Of a stretch of DNA of 64,000 nucleotides, positions 1 through 12,377 are shown piece after piece. Each line of letters starts with the position of its first letter. The stretch's first letter is position 1. Position numbers and translations under genes: made by a program. Source of the DNA: Octopus vulgaris (Eukaryota); contig OX597829.1 in the NCBI GenBank assembly GCA_951406725.2, forward strand, positions 54,994,001 through 55,058,000. Reading direction: 5' to 3'. The notes beneath the pieces were generated by a model. That model saw only the letters and a list, made by a program, of their open reading frames with translations. It was not told the origin of the DNA and did no database searches.

Positions 1-128
1 AACCAAGGTCAACCCCACACAAGATTACAAACAGATCAGATTTCAGATTCAAAACAACCTTCATTCCCACTGAACCCTAACCAATAAACAACTGTTTTCA
101 GTCCACTCCAGAGCCTAGCTGGTTGAAA

Positions 129-211
129 GACCCTGAATGAAGCTGCACAGAAAATTGTCTGGTTGCATGTGCGACTGCCCATATGCTGTGCAGTGGAAAC
201 ACGTGTAGGTC
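129..211 (+). ncRNA. Type I hammerhead ribozyme-like motif (Penelope-associated)
   Basis: GACC(129-132)-CTGAATGA-A-GCTGCACAG...CTGTGCAGT-G-GAAAC-ACGT-GTA-GGTC(208-211). Stem I 4 bp, stem II 9 bp, palindromic stem III ACACGTGT, one extra nt in the CUGANGA core. Confidence 0.7.
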
Positions 212-346
212 ACCATAACCAAAAAAAAAATGTGCTGTATGAAATTGTGAAATAAAAGGAAATAAATTTGGATGTACCAGTCTTCATGTTCTCTATTATT
301 ATAATTATAATTAATAATATATGTATCTATCTATCTATCTAGACAC

Positions 347-389
<43 letters not shown>

Positions 390-626
390 TAGATAGATAC
401 ATAGATATGCAAGTGTATAATACATATATACATACACACACAGAGATAAACATATATACATACACACAGATATATATATACACACACACACAGATATATA
501 CACACACGCATATATATATTTAAAGAATACAGAGAAAATGGAGAGGTAATTGAACTTTCTATAGATTGGTAACTAACCAGTATTTTCATTAGATTTATGA
601 TCCCTTAATGAGGTTTATTACCTTTG

Positions 627-670
<44 letters not shown>

Positions 671-702
671 CATACATATATACACACACACATACATACA
701 TA

Positions 703-950
703 TGCATACATGTGTACAGATTGTCACCAACAGTAAACAACATGGAAAATGAAAACAAATAGAAAACAGGACAAATAACACAAAGAACAACCTTTCATCG
801 GTTGTTGGTTGTCTCTCTACTCCTCATTTCAAGCATTGAACAAAATGAGGAGTACACAGACAGCTGACAACTGTTTGCATATTGAACTCATTTGTTTTTT
901 TATTTTATGTTGTTTACTGTTGGTGACATCCTGTACCCATATATGCATGT
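703..950. repeat. Inverted repeat of a Penelope-like terminus
   Basis: GTACAGATTGTCACCAACAGTAAACAACAT (~713) versus ATGTTGTTTACTGTTGGTGACATCCTGTAC (~907); related to 43930-44430. Confidence 0.6.
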
Positions 951-959
951 GTGTGTGTG

Positions 960-997
<38 letters not shown>

Positions 998-1034
998 CAT
1001 ATGCATGCAGATGTATATATATAAGCATATATAT

Positions 1035-1083
<49 letters not shown>

Positions 1084-1084
1084 T

Positions 1085-3147
1085 CAGGCTATTAATTGTT
1101 AAAAATTTTTATTAATTAGTTTCAGATTTAATTTTCTACCCATTATTAATAAATGTGCCAGAATTTGGGAAGCAACGGTAACAACAGTAAAAAGGCAGCG
1201 GAGAAGAATCAAGTTATGAACTATAAGCCTATGTCAGGTTGATTACCTGAACATTTTGGATTTAAACTGTTGGCTGACGGTAATATCAAAACTGCTGATA
1301 ACACTTATTGCATCCATTGCAACAAATCATTTGCATACCAAGGATGTAACACATCGCTTACTTACCACCTTCAAAACAAACACTCACAACAGTATTCGAA
1401 ACCTCAGCTCGCTAAGTCAGCTTCATTTGGTCAGTCTACAAGCAACGGTGTCATATACCTCCAAGGAGACTACTTTGAGTCAGTTTTATCATCGTTCTGA
1501 TCATCCGGTGAGTGCTACTGTGTACAACGTGATATTAAAATATTACTTGCAAACTGGACAGCTAATAGTGGTAGACCAATATCGATAGTAGAAGATGATG
1601 GTCTTCAGCAAGTATTGCATACAGCACTTCAAAATACCGAATATAAACTACCTTGCTTGCGCACTATTGATAAAATATTGGCTGATATTTATAACAGTAG
1701 AAGAGAAAGTGTTAAAGAAGCAGTGAAATATTCAAAGGCAATTGCACTAACATCTGATTTTTGGACATCACTGGGTAATGAAAGTTATTGCGGAATCACC
1801 GGCCATTGGATTGCTGATGACTGGAATTTAGTAAGTGTTATTCTTGAATGTGTGCATGCTGTTGAACGTCACTATTCTAACAATGTTGCTGAGTTATATA
1901 AACAATTTGTAAAAGACTGGGATATAACAAAGAAGATTCCGGTTCTAGTAACAGACAATGCACGAAATTTGGTTTCAACTGTTAAACTGGTTTTGCTCAT
2001 AGTCTGCAGCTGAGCATATTGCATGGGTTTAAAGCCACAGATACAGAAACATTGTTGGTCAAGTGTTGCAAAATCATAGGACATTTTAAACATAGCCCTA
2101 TCCACACAACTGAATTGCAGAACTGTAATGATTCACCATTGTGTAAGCTGCAGCAAGATGTTCCAACAAGATGGAACAGTATTTTTCTAATGCTGCAGAG
2201 TCTACTACAGGCCAGAGAAGCAATAACCATCTACATGTCAGACAAAGAGAAACAATATAAAGGTCCAAAACTGTTCGAATCTAATTGAGAAAAGATTTCA
2301 AAATACATCAACGTTTTAGACTGATTCTGTCAGACTACGGTCCTGCCTGGCTGTGAAAAATATGTTGACAAAGCACATGACTGTAAATGATGATGATCCA
2401 GGTTATATAGCCAGATTCAAGGCAGCATCAGTTAATGACTTCAGCAAACGTTTAGCTGACATGAAAAGTATTGAAATATTACAGATTGCAAGAGGACTTG
2501 ATCCACGATATAAAAATGAAGTGTTTATCAGATGATTCAAAAGAACAAACCTGGTTACTTATTGAACAACAAACTGAAGTTGATGTTAATGATGATCAGT
2601 TGAAGACTAATGCACAAGATTATGCTGACAGTGTCAATAAAACTAGATGTGAACCTAATGAAAAGTGCATTAAGCTGATGAAGCCTGACTCAGACTTAGA
2701 AGAGGATGTCGAAAACGCTTCTGATGAAGTACAGCGATATAAAATGACGGAAAAAGTTGCTGAATCAGTTGATCCACTACAACGGTGGAAAGAAACTTAA
2801 CGATCATCGATATCGGCATTTTTTGCCAAGATTGTTCTGTGCATACCAGCTACCTCTGTTCCATGTGAACAATCATTTAGCTCTGCTGGTCACATTGTTA
2901 ACAAGAAAATGGTCACCACTTGAACCAAATACTGTTAACATGCTTGTGTGTTTGTGTAAATGGTTAACATTTGAGTGAGAAAACACCTATGCTATTTCTT
3001 GTTTTTAACTGAATTTTAATTCAAAATATAAACTTGTCAATAAATGCAACTGCAGATATTTTTGTGTTTTAATTGAAATTAAGTTTTAATTAATCATTAA
3101 ATTCTCAAAAGTTAATTATTAAAATTTAATTAATCGTTACCTGTCCT

Positions 3148-3148
<1 letters not shown>
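1085..3148 (+). mobile_element. hAT (Ac/ZBED1-like) DNA transposon, near full length, decayed
   Basis: Degenerate TIRs (CAGGCTATTAATTGTTAA... / ...TTAATCGTTACCTGTCCTA) enclosing a broken transposase; flanked by CA/TA microsatellites. Confidence 0.9.
1153..2978 (+). pseudogene. hAT transposase pseudogene (BED finger, DDE, dimerisation domain)
   Basis: CIHC..HLQNKH BED finger; RPISIVEDDGL; ALTSDFWTS; VTDNARN; QDVPTRWNS; LDPRYK; PATSVPCEQSFSSAG; multiple frameshifts and stops. Confidence 0.92.
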
Positions 3149-3190
<42 letters not shown>

Positions 3191-3282
3191 CACACACACA
3201 CACACACATATATATGCATAATATATATACTATTTATATTATTTGATTGAATGCCAAGCATCCATTTCCAAGTTTAAATATA

Positions 3283-3347
<65 letters not shown>

Positions 3348-3440
3348 TAGATGAACACAAGTAGACTTAATTAGCATATTTACATGGAATACAAAATACA
3401 GGAAACAAAATCAATGAAAGGAGTTATGCAACAACTTTAT

Positions 3441-3574
3441 CTTGACAGCTGTTTCAGGTGAACCGTGACTTATGCTAGAACCATGTCCATTACATAATAA
3501 AGAATCATAATGTTATAGGTGCATGGAAGTTCCTATGGATCCATGAAACAGAACCAAGCCATCCTCATTGGAAA
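3441..3574 (-). ncRNA. Degenerate hammerhead-like motif with long stem II
   Basis: Minus strand: TTT-CCAATGA-GGATG...CACCT-GAAAC-AGCT-GTC-AAG. Core mutated, palindromic stem III, ~110-nt stem II region, downstream of the Penelope GIY-YIG fragment. Confidence 0.5.
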
Positions 3575-4054
3575 AAAATGTGGTTAAAAGCATATTTCAT
3601 AGCAGTGTTTACAAATACACGGGATTAAGGGGAGATAAGGAAAAACAAGCGGAAAAGATGGGAAGAGGGCAAGGGATAGGGTAACTGAAGAGGAATTAAT
3701 TCTATGAAGAGAGATTAAGTAGATTAGATGGGAAAGAAATGACCAATAAGGAGGCTGGTCAAAATGTAGACAATAACAGAAATTTGGCAGAATGTGATAC
3801 ATATTAGTAGCATAGATAAGTTGAAACTAAAAAAAAAAAAAGATGAAGTTGAGCAAACAATGTGGCAACCATATAAGGATGTTAGTAAAGTGGGAGGAAG
3901 GTGAGAGCACACTGGTAAGAGAGGAAGTGAGAGGAAGGAGTATGAGAGAATTATGATACTGTATTACAGTTAAGAGCAAGAATTAAAATTCAAAAGTAGG
4001 AAGAGGGGAAAAAAAGAGAGGAAAGCCAGTTCCTACAGTAGAAGCTATAAGGAT

Positions 4055-4466
4055 TTAACCATTCAGATTATTCTGTCAACTGTAATACTTATTTATTAAC
4101 ATTGCTATGAATTAATCCTGCATTATCTCATAATCTCAAGATTTTGATGGTGTGATTGTTAATTTTTAGAATGATACTGAAGGGTAGGTGTGAGAGTCTG
4201 GATCTGGATGGTTTGGGCATAAAAACAGGTAGAATATTTTGGCCAGATATTACTCTTTACTCTTTTACTTGTTTCAGTCAGTTGTCTGCGGCCATGCTGG
4301 AGCATCGCCTTTAGTCGAGCAACTCAACCCCGGGACTTATTCTTCGTAAGCCCAGTACTTATTCTATCGGTCTCTTTTGCCGAACCGCTAGTTGGTTGAC
4401 AGGGACGTAAACACACCAGCATCGGTTGTCAAGCGATGCTAGGGGGACAAACACAGACACACATAC

Positions 4467-4511
<45 letters not shown>

Positions 4512-4711
4512 CATATATACGACGGGCTTCTTTCAGTTTCTGTCTACCAAATTCACTCACAAGGCTTTGGTCGGCCCGAGGCTATAGTAGAAGACAATTG
4601 CCCAAGATGCCACGCAGTGGGACTGAACCCAGAACCATGTGATTGGTAAACAAGCTACTTACCACACAGCCACTCCTGCGCCTATGGTTGGTTTAAATAC
4701 TAAAGGGTTAA
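4055..4711. mobile_element. piggyBac-like MITE (TTAA ends), split by a SINE
   Basis: TTAACC... start and ...AAAGGGTTAA end; the same sequence occurs inverted at 29178-29295. Confidence 0.6.
4251..4683 (-). mobile_element. tRNA-derived SINE family A (CORE-like, internal TA microsatellite, CR1-like tail)
   Basis: Full-length copy, highly similar to 9218, 44507 and 51372. Confidence 0.9.
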
Positions 4712-5469
4712 AGCAATGAGAGGAGGTTTTGTAGAACTTATGCCTGCACATGGAAATTACATTGGAGAAGGGATTTAGTAAGAACTCATTGTGATGTAAT
4801 AATATACCAAGTGATTCAAGCTAACATAATTGACAGGGTTGTGTGGAGAATTCCACCATAAACTATGAATAAAGACAGGTTATAAGGTATGCCCTCAGCC
4901 TTGGGGTGGTGTATTAGGCTATAATGTTTCATGGCACTATTAGAGAAAGGGCTCAGATGTGCAAGATAACATCACTTAATATCTATCATGCCAATGTAAA
5001 TCCAAGCAAAATGGGACCATGGGGGTGGTGTAAGAACATTTATGTACAAGCAACTGCCACTTATAGGGCAATCACTAGATACTCTGTAATTGTATGATTG
5101 CTTATAGCAGGTTAAAAGTGGTCCATTTTTAGCTGTGTGACATTTAGTAAAGGGAACATGGTTATTAATTCTATTGATGGAATCAGGCTGATTTTATGTT
5201 AGCATGTGATGCCAAAGGATACTTACTACTGATAAAGTTTAAAAAACACAGAAATACATATTCAGCAATACTACTGCAGCTACTAGACAAGTTTTTGCCT
5301 GCTGCTGAGATATTCCAGTGTTTTTTTTTAATACAATACATCTATAAGAGATGCTTTCATGGCAATAAATACTGCAGTTTAGCAAGCTTTCAATGACACG
5401 TCTAAGTGTGATATGCAGATTACTATTTTGAACTAATACTGCTTCTATTGCTAATAACAATTTTTTATT

Positions 5470-5665
5470 CGGCCTACCAGTATGGTCACCTGACTGGTAG
5501 GTTATCAGGTGACTGGCTGGCTTCCTGAAGTTGGTGTTGCAGATCATTAGGCTATTTGTATCACAGAACTCCAACAGCCTTGTTCCCTCTTCGCTTTGAG
5601 AACTAATTCCATGCCCACCCCTCAGTACACCATGAAAGATACTTCTCTGCAGCCCAACATGTCCA
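5470..5665 (-). mobile_element. RTE LINE APE-endonuclease fragment
   Basis: GHVG...EEGTRLLEFCDTNSLMICNTNFRKPASHLITYQSG. Confidence 0.85.
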
Positions 5666-6300
5666 TCATCATCATCATCATCGTTTGACGTCCACTTTCC
5701 ATGCAGGCATGGGTTGGACAATTTGACTGAGGACTGGCAAACCTGATGGCTGCACCAGGCTCCAATCTTGATCCGGCAGAGTTTCTACAGTTGGATGCCC
5801 TTCCTAACGCCAACCACTCCAAGAGTGTATTGGGTGCTTTTTTGTGCCACCGGCAAGAGAACCAGTCAGGCGGTACTGGCAACAGCCATGCTTAAATGGT
5901 ATTTTTTATGTGCCACCTGCACAAGAACCAATGACCTCACTTGAATGTTTTTCACATACCAGTAAGGCGACGCTGGTAATGATCACACTCGAATGGTGTG
6001 TTTTACATGCCACCAGCATGCTCTGACAACGATCATGCTCAGATGGTGCTTTTAGCGCTCCACTAGCACGGATGCCAGTCATCAAATTTGATTTCAATTT
6101 CACTTGCCTCAACAGGTTTTCGCAGGCAGAGTTTAGTGTCCAATGAAGGAAAGGTACGCATAAGTGGGCTGGTTACACCACTGGCATAGGCCATGAGGTT
6201 ATGGTCTCACTTGGCTTGCCGGTTCTTCTCAAGCACAGCACATTTCCAAAAGTCTCGGTCACTAGTCATTGCCTCAGTGAGGCCTAATGTTTGAAGGTCA
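5663..6300 (-). mobile_element. RTE LINE 3' end (ORF C-terminus, repeat-rich 3'UTR, (GAT)n tail)
   Basis: DLQTLGLTEAMTSDRDFWKCAVLEKNRQAK* followed by GTGCCACC subrepeats and a GAT tail. Confidence 0.85.
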
Positions 6301-6309
6301 TACAAAATA

Positions 6310-6640
6310 TCTTCTGTTATCTAGCAGATGTAATCAGCAGGAGAGGTATTTTTCTAAAAGTGTAGTAACCAGAATAAGAACAGGTTGGAAGATGATCGAG
6401 GAGCTTCTACCACTGCAGACAGCAAAGGCCTTTTCCTACAGATTGAAGGGCATATTGCATGATGTGTTAGAACTGTAAAGCTACACAGTAGTGAAATATG
6501 AGCCTTGAATGCAGAGGACTTGGAAAGAAATGCATCTAGTATGCTCTATTTGATGTGCAATGTATGTATATATAAATGACAGAGTATAAATGTGGTGATT
6601 ATAGGCGTGAAAGAAGATTGTACTGGTATGGACAAATATA
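6310..6640 (+). mobile_element. RTE LINE RT C-terminal fragment
   Basis: SVVTRIRTGWKMIEELLPL...FSYRLKG. Confidence 0.7.
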
Positions 6641-7380
6641 TACATAACTGGACCTTTTGTCAGATTCTCTCCCACAAGACACTCCACCATGCCTTTATTT
6701 CTTTAACAATAACTTTTCCTTGAGCCAATTCATTTGATGTCCATCTTTCATCCTTCAAACACCTTTTACATTGATCACAACCATTACCCTACCTGAACCA
6801 TCAAATTTCTCACTGTCTCTACCACCATATGTGTCTGTCTCTCACTCTGCCTATGCACTACATTTGCATCTCTCCTCCACACACACTTTTGTAACATACC
6901 CAACCACTTATCTCTCTCACTTTCTCCTGTATTGTATAGTCATTACTACCCTTTACATAGTAACACTTAACACGTAGTCAGTGTAATGTAAATATATATA
7001 CAAAGCATACAGTGTAATGTAAATATATATACAAAGCCTTATTTCTTCATCATACTTAGTTTCATGGAGATGAAAGTATGGCCATCTCTTCAAACATCTG
7101 GAAGCAAAGGGGAGTAAAAACGAAATAACTTCTTTATTACAGAGCCAATTTAAATGCCAATGGTTAGTGCTGGTCACACTGGTGTTGTGATAACTGTGCA
7201 ACAGTTGCTTAGTTATCACCATGATCATGTTGCTGACCAACGGACATTAAACTCTCTATGTAATTCAAAAGCCATGTCACAGCATACCATTATTCCGGAT
7301 CTGTTGTCACTGATTTCGGAAATATCACATGTCAATGACAAAAAGATGTTAATAACACAGCCACATCAGTGTCTTTATGC

Positions 7381-7421
<41 letters not shown>

Positions 7422-7626
7422 CACACAGGTGTACACACATACATACATATACATTACCTTGCTTCAAAATAAACAAGGGGTGCAAACAAAAAGGGCATTT
7501 AGTTGTAAAAAACTCTGCTTCAGTAAACTGCATCTAGCTTATGTTTGCATGGGTTGGATGTTAAAACAATGATTTACACACACACACACATCTTTATATA
7601 CAGAAGCAGGTATGGCTGTATGGTTG

Positions 7627-8115
7627 AGAATGACATGCATAAGATCTGGTCATCAAATCTAAGTAGAGACTTCAAACTTGAAATCTTCAAAGCCACAGTC
7701 AAACCAATTCTACTATATGGCTCAGAAACCTGGACGTTATCAAAGAAGCTTGAGAGGCGGTTGGATGGAACCTACACTTGCCTCCTTATGAGAGCTCAAA
7801 ATCTCTCATGGAAGCGCCATCCAACCAAAATGCAAATATATGGGAAACTACCACCTGTGTCATCTCTTGTGAAAGGTAAGAGAGTCTAGTTTGCTGGACA
7901 TTGTTGTAGAGCTGAAAAAGAGGTAATTTCTACTCTTCTCCTCTGGAAGCCATCTACTCACAATACCAGAGGGCGCACACTCTCCTACCCTGATGTAATC
8001 TCTAGGGATACAGGCATCCAGCAACAGGACCTCCGTAATACCATGATGGACCATGAAGTCTGGCGTAGCATGGTAAATTCCATTGTCTCGACCATGGTCG
8101 AACAATGATGATGAT
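7627..8115 (+). mobile_element. RTE-clade LINE (second family) 3' end inserted into a SINE head
   Basis: KIWSS..KPILLYGSETWTL..FAGHC..; (TGA)n tail; ATGGTTG duplicated on both sides; host SINE head at 7605-7626 resumes at ~8113. Confidence 0.85.
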
Positions 8116-8615
8116 GGTTGCGAAGTTTGTATCCCAACCACATAGTTTTGGGTTCAATGCCACTGTGTGGAAGCCCCAGACTAACCCAAAGCCTTGTGAG
8201 TGAATTTGGCAGATGTAAACAATGTGAAAGTCCATTATGCATATTCTCTGTGCGTGTATGTACGTATGTATCATTATCATTGTTTAATGTCTACCTTCCA
8301 TACAAGCACATGCTGGTACCATGTAGAAGGCTCCCATGCTGGTGCCATGTAGAAGGCTCCCATGCTGGTGCCATGTAAAAAGCTGCTGTGCTGACATCAC
8401 ATAGAAAGCAACCATAATGGCGCCACTTGAAAAGCACCCAGTACACTGTGAAGTGGTTGGCATTAAGAAAGGACATTGAACCATAGAAACCATACCAAAA
8501 CAGACGATTGTAGTCTGGTTCAGCTCTACAACTTGCCAGCTCCTGTTAAACCACCTAACTCATGCCAGCATAGAAAACAGAAGTGATAATGATATATATA
8601 TATATATACACATAC

Positions 8616-9062
8616 AAATTTTAATACAAGAAAATGGATTGAACAGGCTTAATTACAAATCACTACAATTGTTTTAATGCACCATTTTCACCTGTTAATT
8701 GCTGAATATTACATAAATTAAATGCAATATTGTATTTAATATGTTTCAACAATATTTGTGTATATAATCATCCTTGTGTGACCAGAATCAAAGCACTGCT
8801 GTATCATCTTTAGATTTCCTTGTTCCACTTTGTCAAAGGACTACTAAAAATAGTATTTCGGTATGGGTATAAAATGATGTAGCAGTGCTTTGACTCTGGT
8901 CACCCAAGAATGCACGTGTACAGCCACTGTTGAATGACATTAATATAATATTGCACATAATTTATGTAACATTCAGCAATTAAAATCTGATAATGATGCA
9001 TTGAAATAATTGCAGTGTTGTGTAGTAAAGCCTGTTCAATCAATTTTCTCATTAAAATTTTA
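8616..9062. repeat. ~200-bp imperfect inverted repeat (Penelope-like termini)
   Basis: 8616-8812 versus 8868-9062, e.g. GTGACCAGAATCAAAGCACTGCT / AGCAGTGCTTTGACTCTGGTCAC. Confidence 0.8.
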
Positions 9063-9217
9063 GTCTATGGATATTTGCAGATTTCCATATGTACAAATGG
9101 TAACAAGAGAAGTCATACTGCGTGATGACATTTGGCAGATGATACCAAGGGAGGAGCTTTGGAAGGAACATAAGGTTATTACCCAGATTATATTAAAAAA
9201 AATATATATATATATAT

Positions 9218-9380
9218 AGGCGCAGGAGTGGCTGTGTGGTAAGTAGCTTGTCTACCAGCCACATGGTTCCAGGTTCAGTCCCACTGCGTGGCACCTTGGG
9301 TAAGTGTCTTCTACTATAGCCTCGGGCCGACCAAAGCCTTGTGAGTGGATTTGGTAAACGGAAACTGTAAGAAGCCCGTC

Positions 9381-9427
<47 letters not shown>

Positions 9428-9640
9428 CGTGTGTGTGTTTGTGTGTCTGTGTTTGTCCCCTAGCATTGCTTGACAACTGATGCTGGTGTGTTTATGTCCC
9501 CGTTACTTAGCAGTTCGGCAAAAGAGACCGATAGAATAAGTACTGGGCTTACAAAAGAATTAAGTGCCGGGATCGAGTTGCTCGACTAAAGGCGGTGCTC
9601 CAGCATGGCCGCAGTCAAATGACTGAAACAAGTAAAAGAG
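9218..9640 (+). mobile_element. SINE family A, full length
   Basis: AGGCGCAGGAGTGGCTGTGTGG A-box, GGTTCAGTCCC B-box-like, tail CCAGCATGGCCGCAGTCAAATGACTGAAAC. Confidence 0.9.
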
Positions 9641-10494
9641 TATATATATCATCATCATTTAATGTCCATCTTCCATGCATGCATAGGTAGGAAGAGTGAC
9701 AGGAGTCGGCTAGGTAGAAAAACTACCCTAAGCTACTGTGTCTGTTTTGGCAGAAATTTTTACATCTGGATGCCCTTCCTAACACCAACCACTCCGCAGA
9801 ATGTATGTAGGTCTGTATATATGTGTTTGTGTGAGTGCGTATGTCTCCTTGCCTTGATATTGTGTGATAGTTGTAAACAAGTGACACCAACATACAAGCA
9901 GTATCATTCATTTTCAATATTCTGTGAAAACATAAGTAGTAACAGGGAAACAAGTGAAGGTTGGCACCAGAAATAGCATCTCCAGCTTACCAGTTCCAGT
10001 CAAGCCGTCTAACCCATGTGCTGAATCAACTGTAAGGATTTGTAATAAAGCCTGTGCAATATATCTAAAATTTTATCATCATCATTTAATGTCCATGTTC
10101 CATGGTCATTAAATTCTTGGACCGATGGGTCCAAGAAGCACATTATGCTCCAGTGGCCTGCATTTTCATAAAATATGGTTTTTTTAAAAAAATATTTTTG
10201 TAGTTTTTCCATATTTTTCATTTTTTTTTAATGCTTTTTGCATTTGGCTGGAATGGTAGAATTCCTAAATCCATATCCAACAATTCTAGGACCTCTTGAT
10301 AATGAGACCATGAAAATCTAGAAAAGTTGCATATAGATTGATGATGATGATGAACTGTAAAACCAACAGTAGAAAGTTAATAAGGAAAATGCAAAAATAT
10401 AAAATAGAAAGGATAAAACACACCAACACCGGTTATCAAGCAGTGGGGAGCGGGGACAAACACAGACAAAAAGGCATGCACACACTTATATGTA

Positions 10495-10864
10495 TCATCA
10501 TCATCATCATCATTTAACGTCTGTTGTCCATGCTGGCATGGGTTGGATGGTTTGACTAGGGCTGGTAAGCTGGAAGGTTGCACCAGACTCCAATCTGATT
10601 TGGCATGGTTTTTCTAACGCCAACCACTCCGAGTGTGTAATGGGTGCTTTTACACGCCACCGGTATCTGTCATGAGTGCAGTTTTGCTCGGATTGATGGG
10701 TCTTCTCAAGCACGGCATGATGCCAAAGTCTCAGTCACTAGTCATTGCCTCCGTGAGGCCCAAAGTTTGAAGATCATGCTTCACCACCTGTCCCATGTCT
10801 TCCTGAGTCTATCTCTACCACAGGTTCCCTCCACAGAGATCGGTACTTCAATACACAACTGTCC

Positions 10865-10865
<1 letters not shown>
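10495..10865 (-). mobile_element. RTE LINE 3' end
   Basis: Same ORF end and 3'UTR as 5663-6300. Confidence 0.8.
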
Positions 10866-10903
<38 letters not shown>

Positions 10904-10908
<5 letters not shown>

Positions 10909-11195
10909 AAGAGTCAAAAGGAAGAGTAAGTAGAGTTAGGCAGCTTTTTAATCACTACAAATGTTTCGATACATACAGAACCTCATATATACAGGATTTA
11001 AAGTTAAGTTTAAATTAAATTTATGTAACGATGAGATACATATAGATCTTCTTATTTAGGTAAATCGTTACATAATTTAATTTAAACTTAACTTTAAATC
11101 TTGTATATACGAGGATCTGTATGTATTGAAACATTTGTAGTGATTAAAAAGCTGCCTAACCATACTTACTCTTCCTTTTGACTCATTTATTTTTT
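10904..11195. repeat. ~125-bp near-perfect inverted repeat (Penelope-like termini)
   Basis: 10904-11030 versus 11064-11195; the arms carry GAAACATTTGTAG, a hammerhead 3' half. Confidence 0.85.
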
Positions 11196-11624
11196 ACTTT
11201 CACACACAAGAAATACCTAAGACTAGAATTGGTAGTGTACCATAAGAATACTGCTGGCTGTAGTTGAAGACACTTGCCCGAGGTGCCATGCAGTGGGACT
11301 GAACCTGGAACCATGTGGTTGAGAAGCAAATTTCTCGTCACACAGCCATGCCTGCACCTATGTTGGCATTAGGAACGGCATCCAGCTGCAGAAACCAATC
11401 CAAACTGAGATTGGAACCTGGTGCAGCTCTCCAGCTTACCAGTTCCAGTCAAGCTGCCTAACCCATGCCAGCATGGAAAGCAGACGTTAAATGATGATGA
11501 TATACAAATAAATACACATACACACACATGTATGCAGACGTTAAATGATAATGATGATATATATAAATATATATGTACACTAACACACACACACACATAT
11601 ATGTATATATAATAAATTAAAAAT

Positions 11625-11785
11625 TAATACTAAAAAACATACACATAGGACAGACACACAAGGACCCTAATTCTTCATCTGTTATCAACCGAAATACTAA
11701 TACAGTTTCATTTCGATTGATAACTGACGAACAATTAGGCTCCTTCTGTGTCTGTCCTATGTGTACGTTTAGTATTTAATCCATT
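11625..11785. repeat. Inverted repeat / hairpin
   Basis: ACACATAGGACAGACAC...GTTATCAACCGAAAT versus ATTTCGATTGATAAC...GTGTCTGTCCTATGTGT. Confidence 0.75.
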
Positions 11786-12124
11786 TTTCATTTACTAAGT
11801 AACTGAACGCCATGCATCCCAACTGTGTGTGTGTGTGCACGCGCATTATATATACATATATGTATACACACATACATATAAATATAATTCTATATATCTA
11901 CGTATGTGTATACATAAATGTGTGTGTGTGAATTTGGAGGGATACATTATCTGGGCGGATACTGTGGTAGCTTTTAGTTATGTTCTAGGTTACGGCTAAC
12001 CACATTGATTAGTATTTCATGTCTATGACTGGTACGAGCTGTCACTCATGCTGTAAATTCCTCCAATGGCTAATTCCCTGTTCACTTCTCTAGATGGTAA
12101 TATTATCTGGAGTGAATATTTGCA

Positions 12125-12199
12125 ATAATTATAACGATAGAGAATATAAAGACTGGTACATCCTCAAAATTTATTTCCCTTTATTTTACAATATCATAC

Positions 12200-12250
<51 letters not shown>

Positions 12251-12350
12251 TGGTTGAAACAACCATAAAAATATGTTGTATGACATCTTAAAATGAAAGG
12301 AAATTAATTTTGAGGGTGTACCAGTCTCCATATTCTCTAAAATTATTTCA
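12125..12350. repeat. Inverted Penelope-like termini around (TA)n
   Basis: GACTGGTACATCCTCAAAATT versus AATTTTGAGGGTGTACCAGTC; same family as 231-310. Confidence 0.7.
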
Positions 12351-12377
12351 TACACACACAATTATTTATAAATAATT

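Larger units (their letters stand above)
3350..5200 (-). mobile_element. Penelope-like element 3' part (GIY-YIG endonuclease remnant at ~4720-5200 plus terminus)
   Basis: Minus translation YNYRVSSDCPISGSCLYINVL...WIYIGM...LNPFSNVISMCRHKF matches the CxC..CP..G.CL / YIG / CRH pattern; interrupted by a MITE and a SINE. Confidence 0.7.

Noticed and set aside
9218-9290. tRNA genes at SINE heads
   Set aside because: A/B-box-like motifs are present, but there is no full cloverleaf and each continues into a SINE body.
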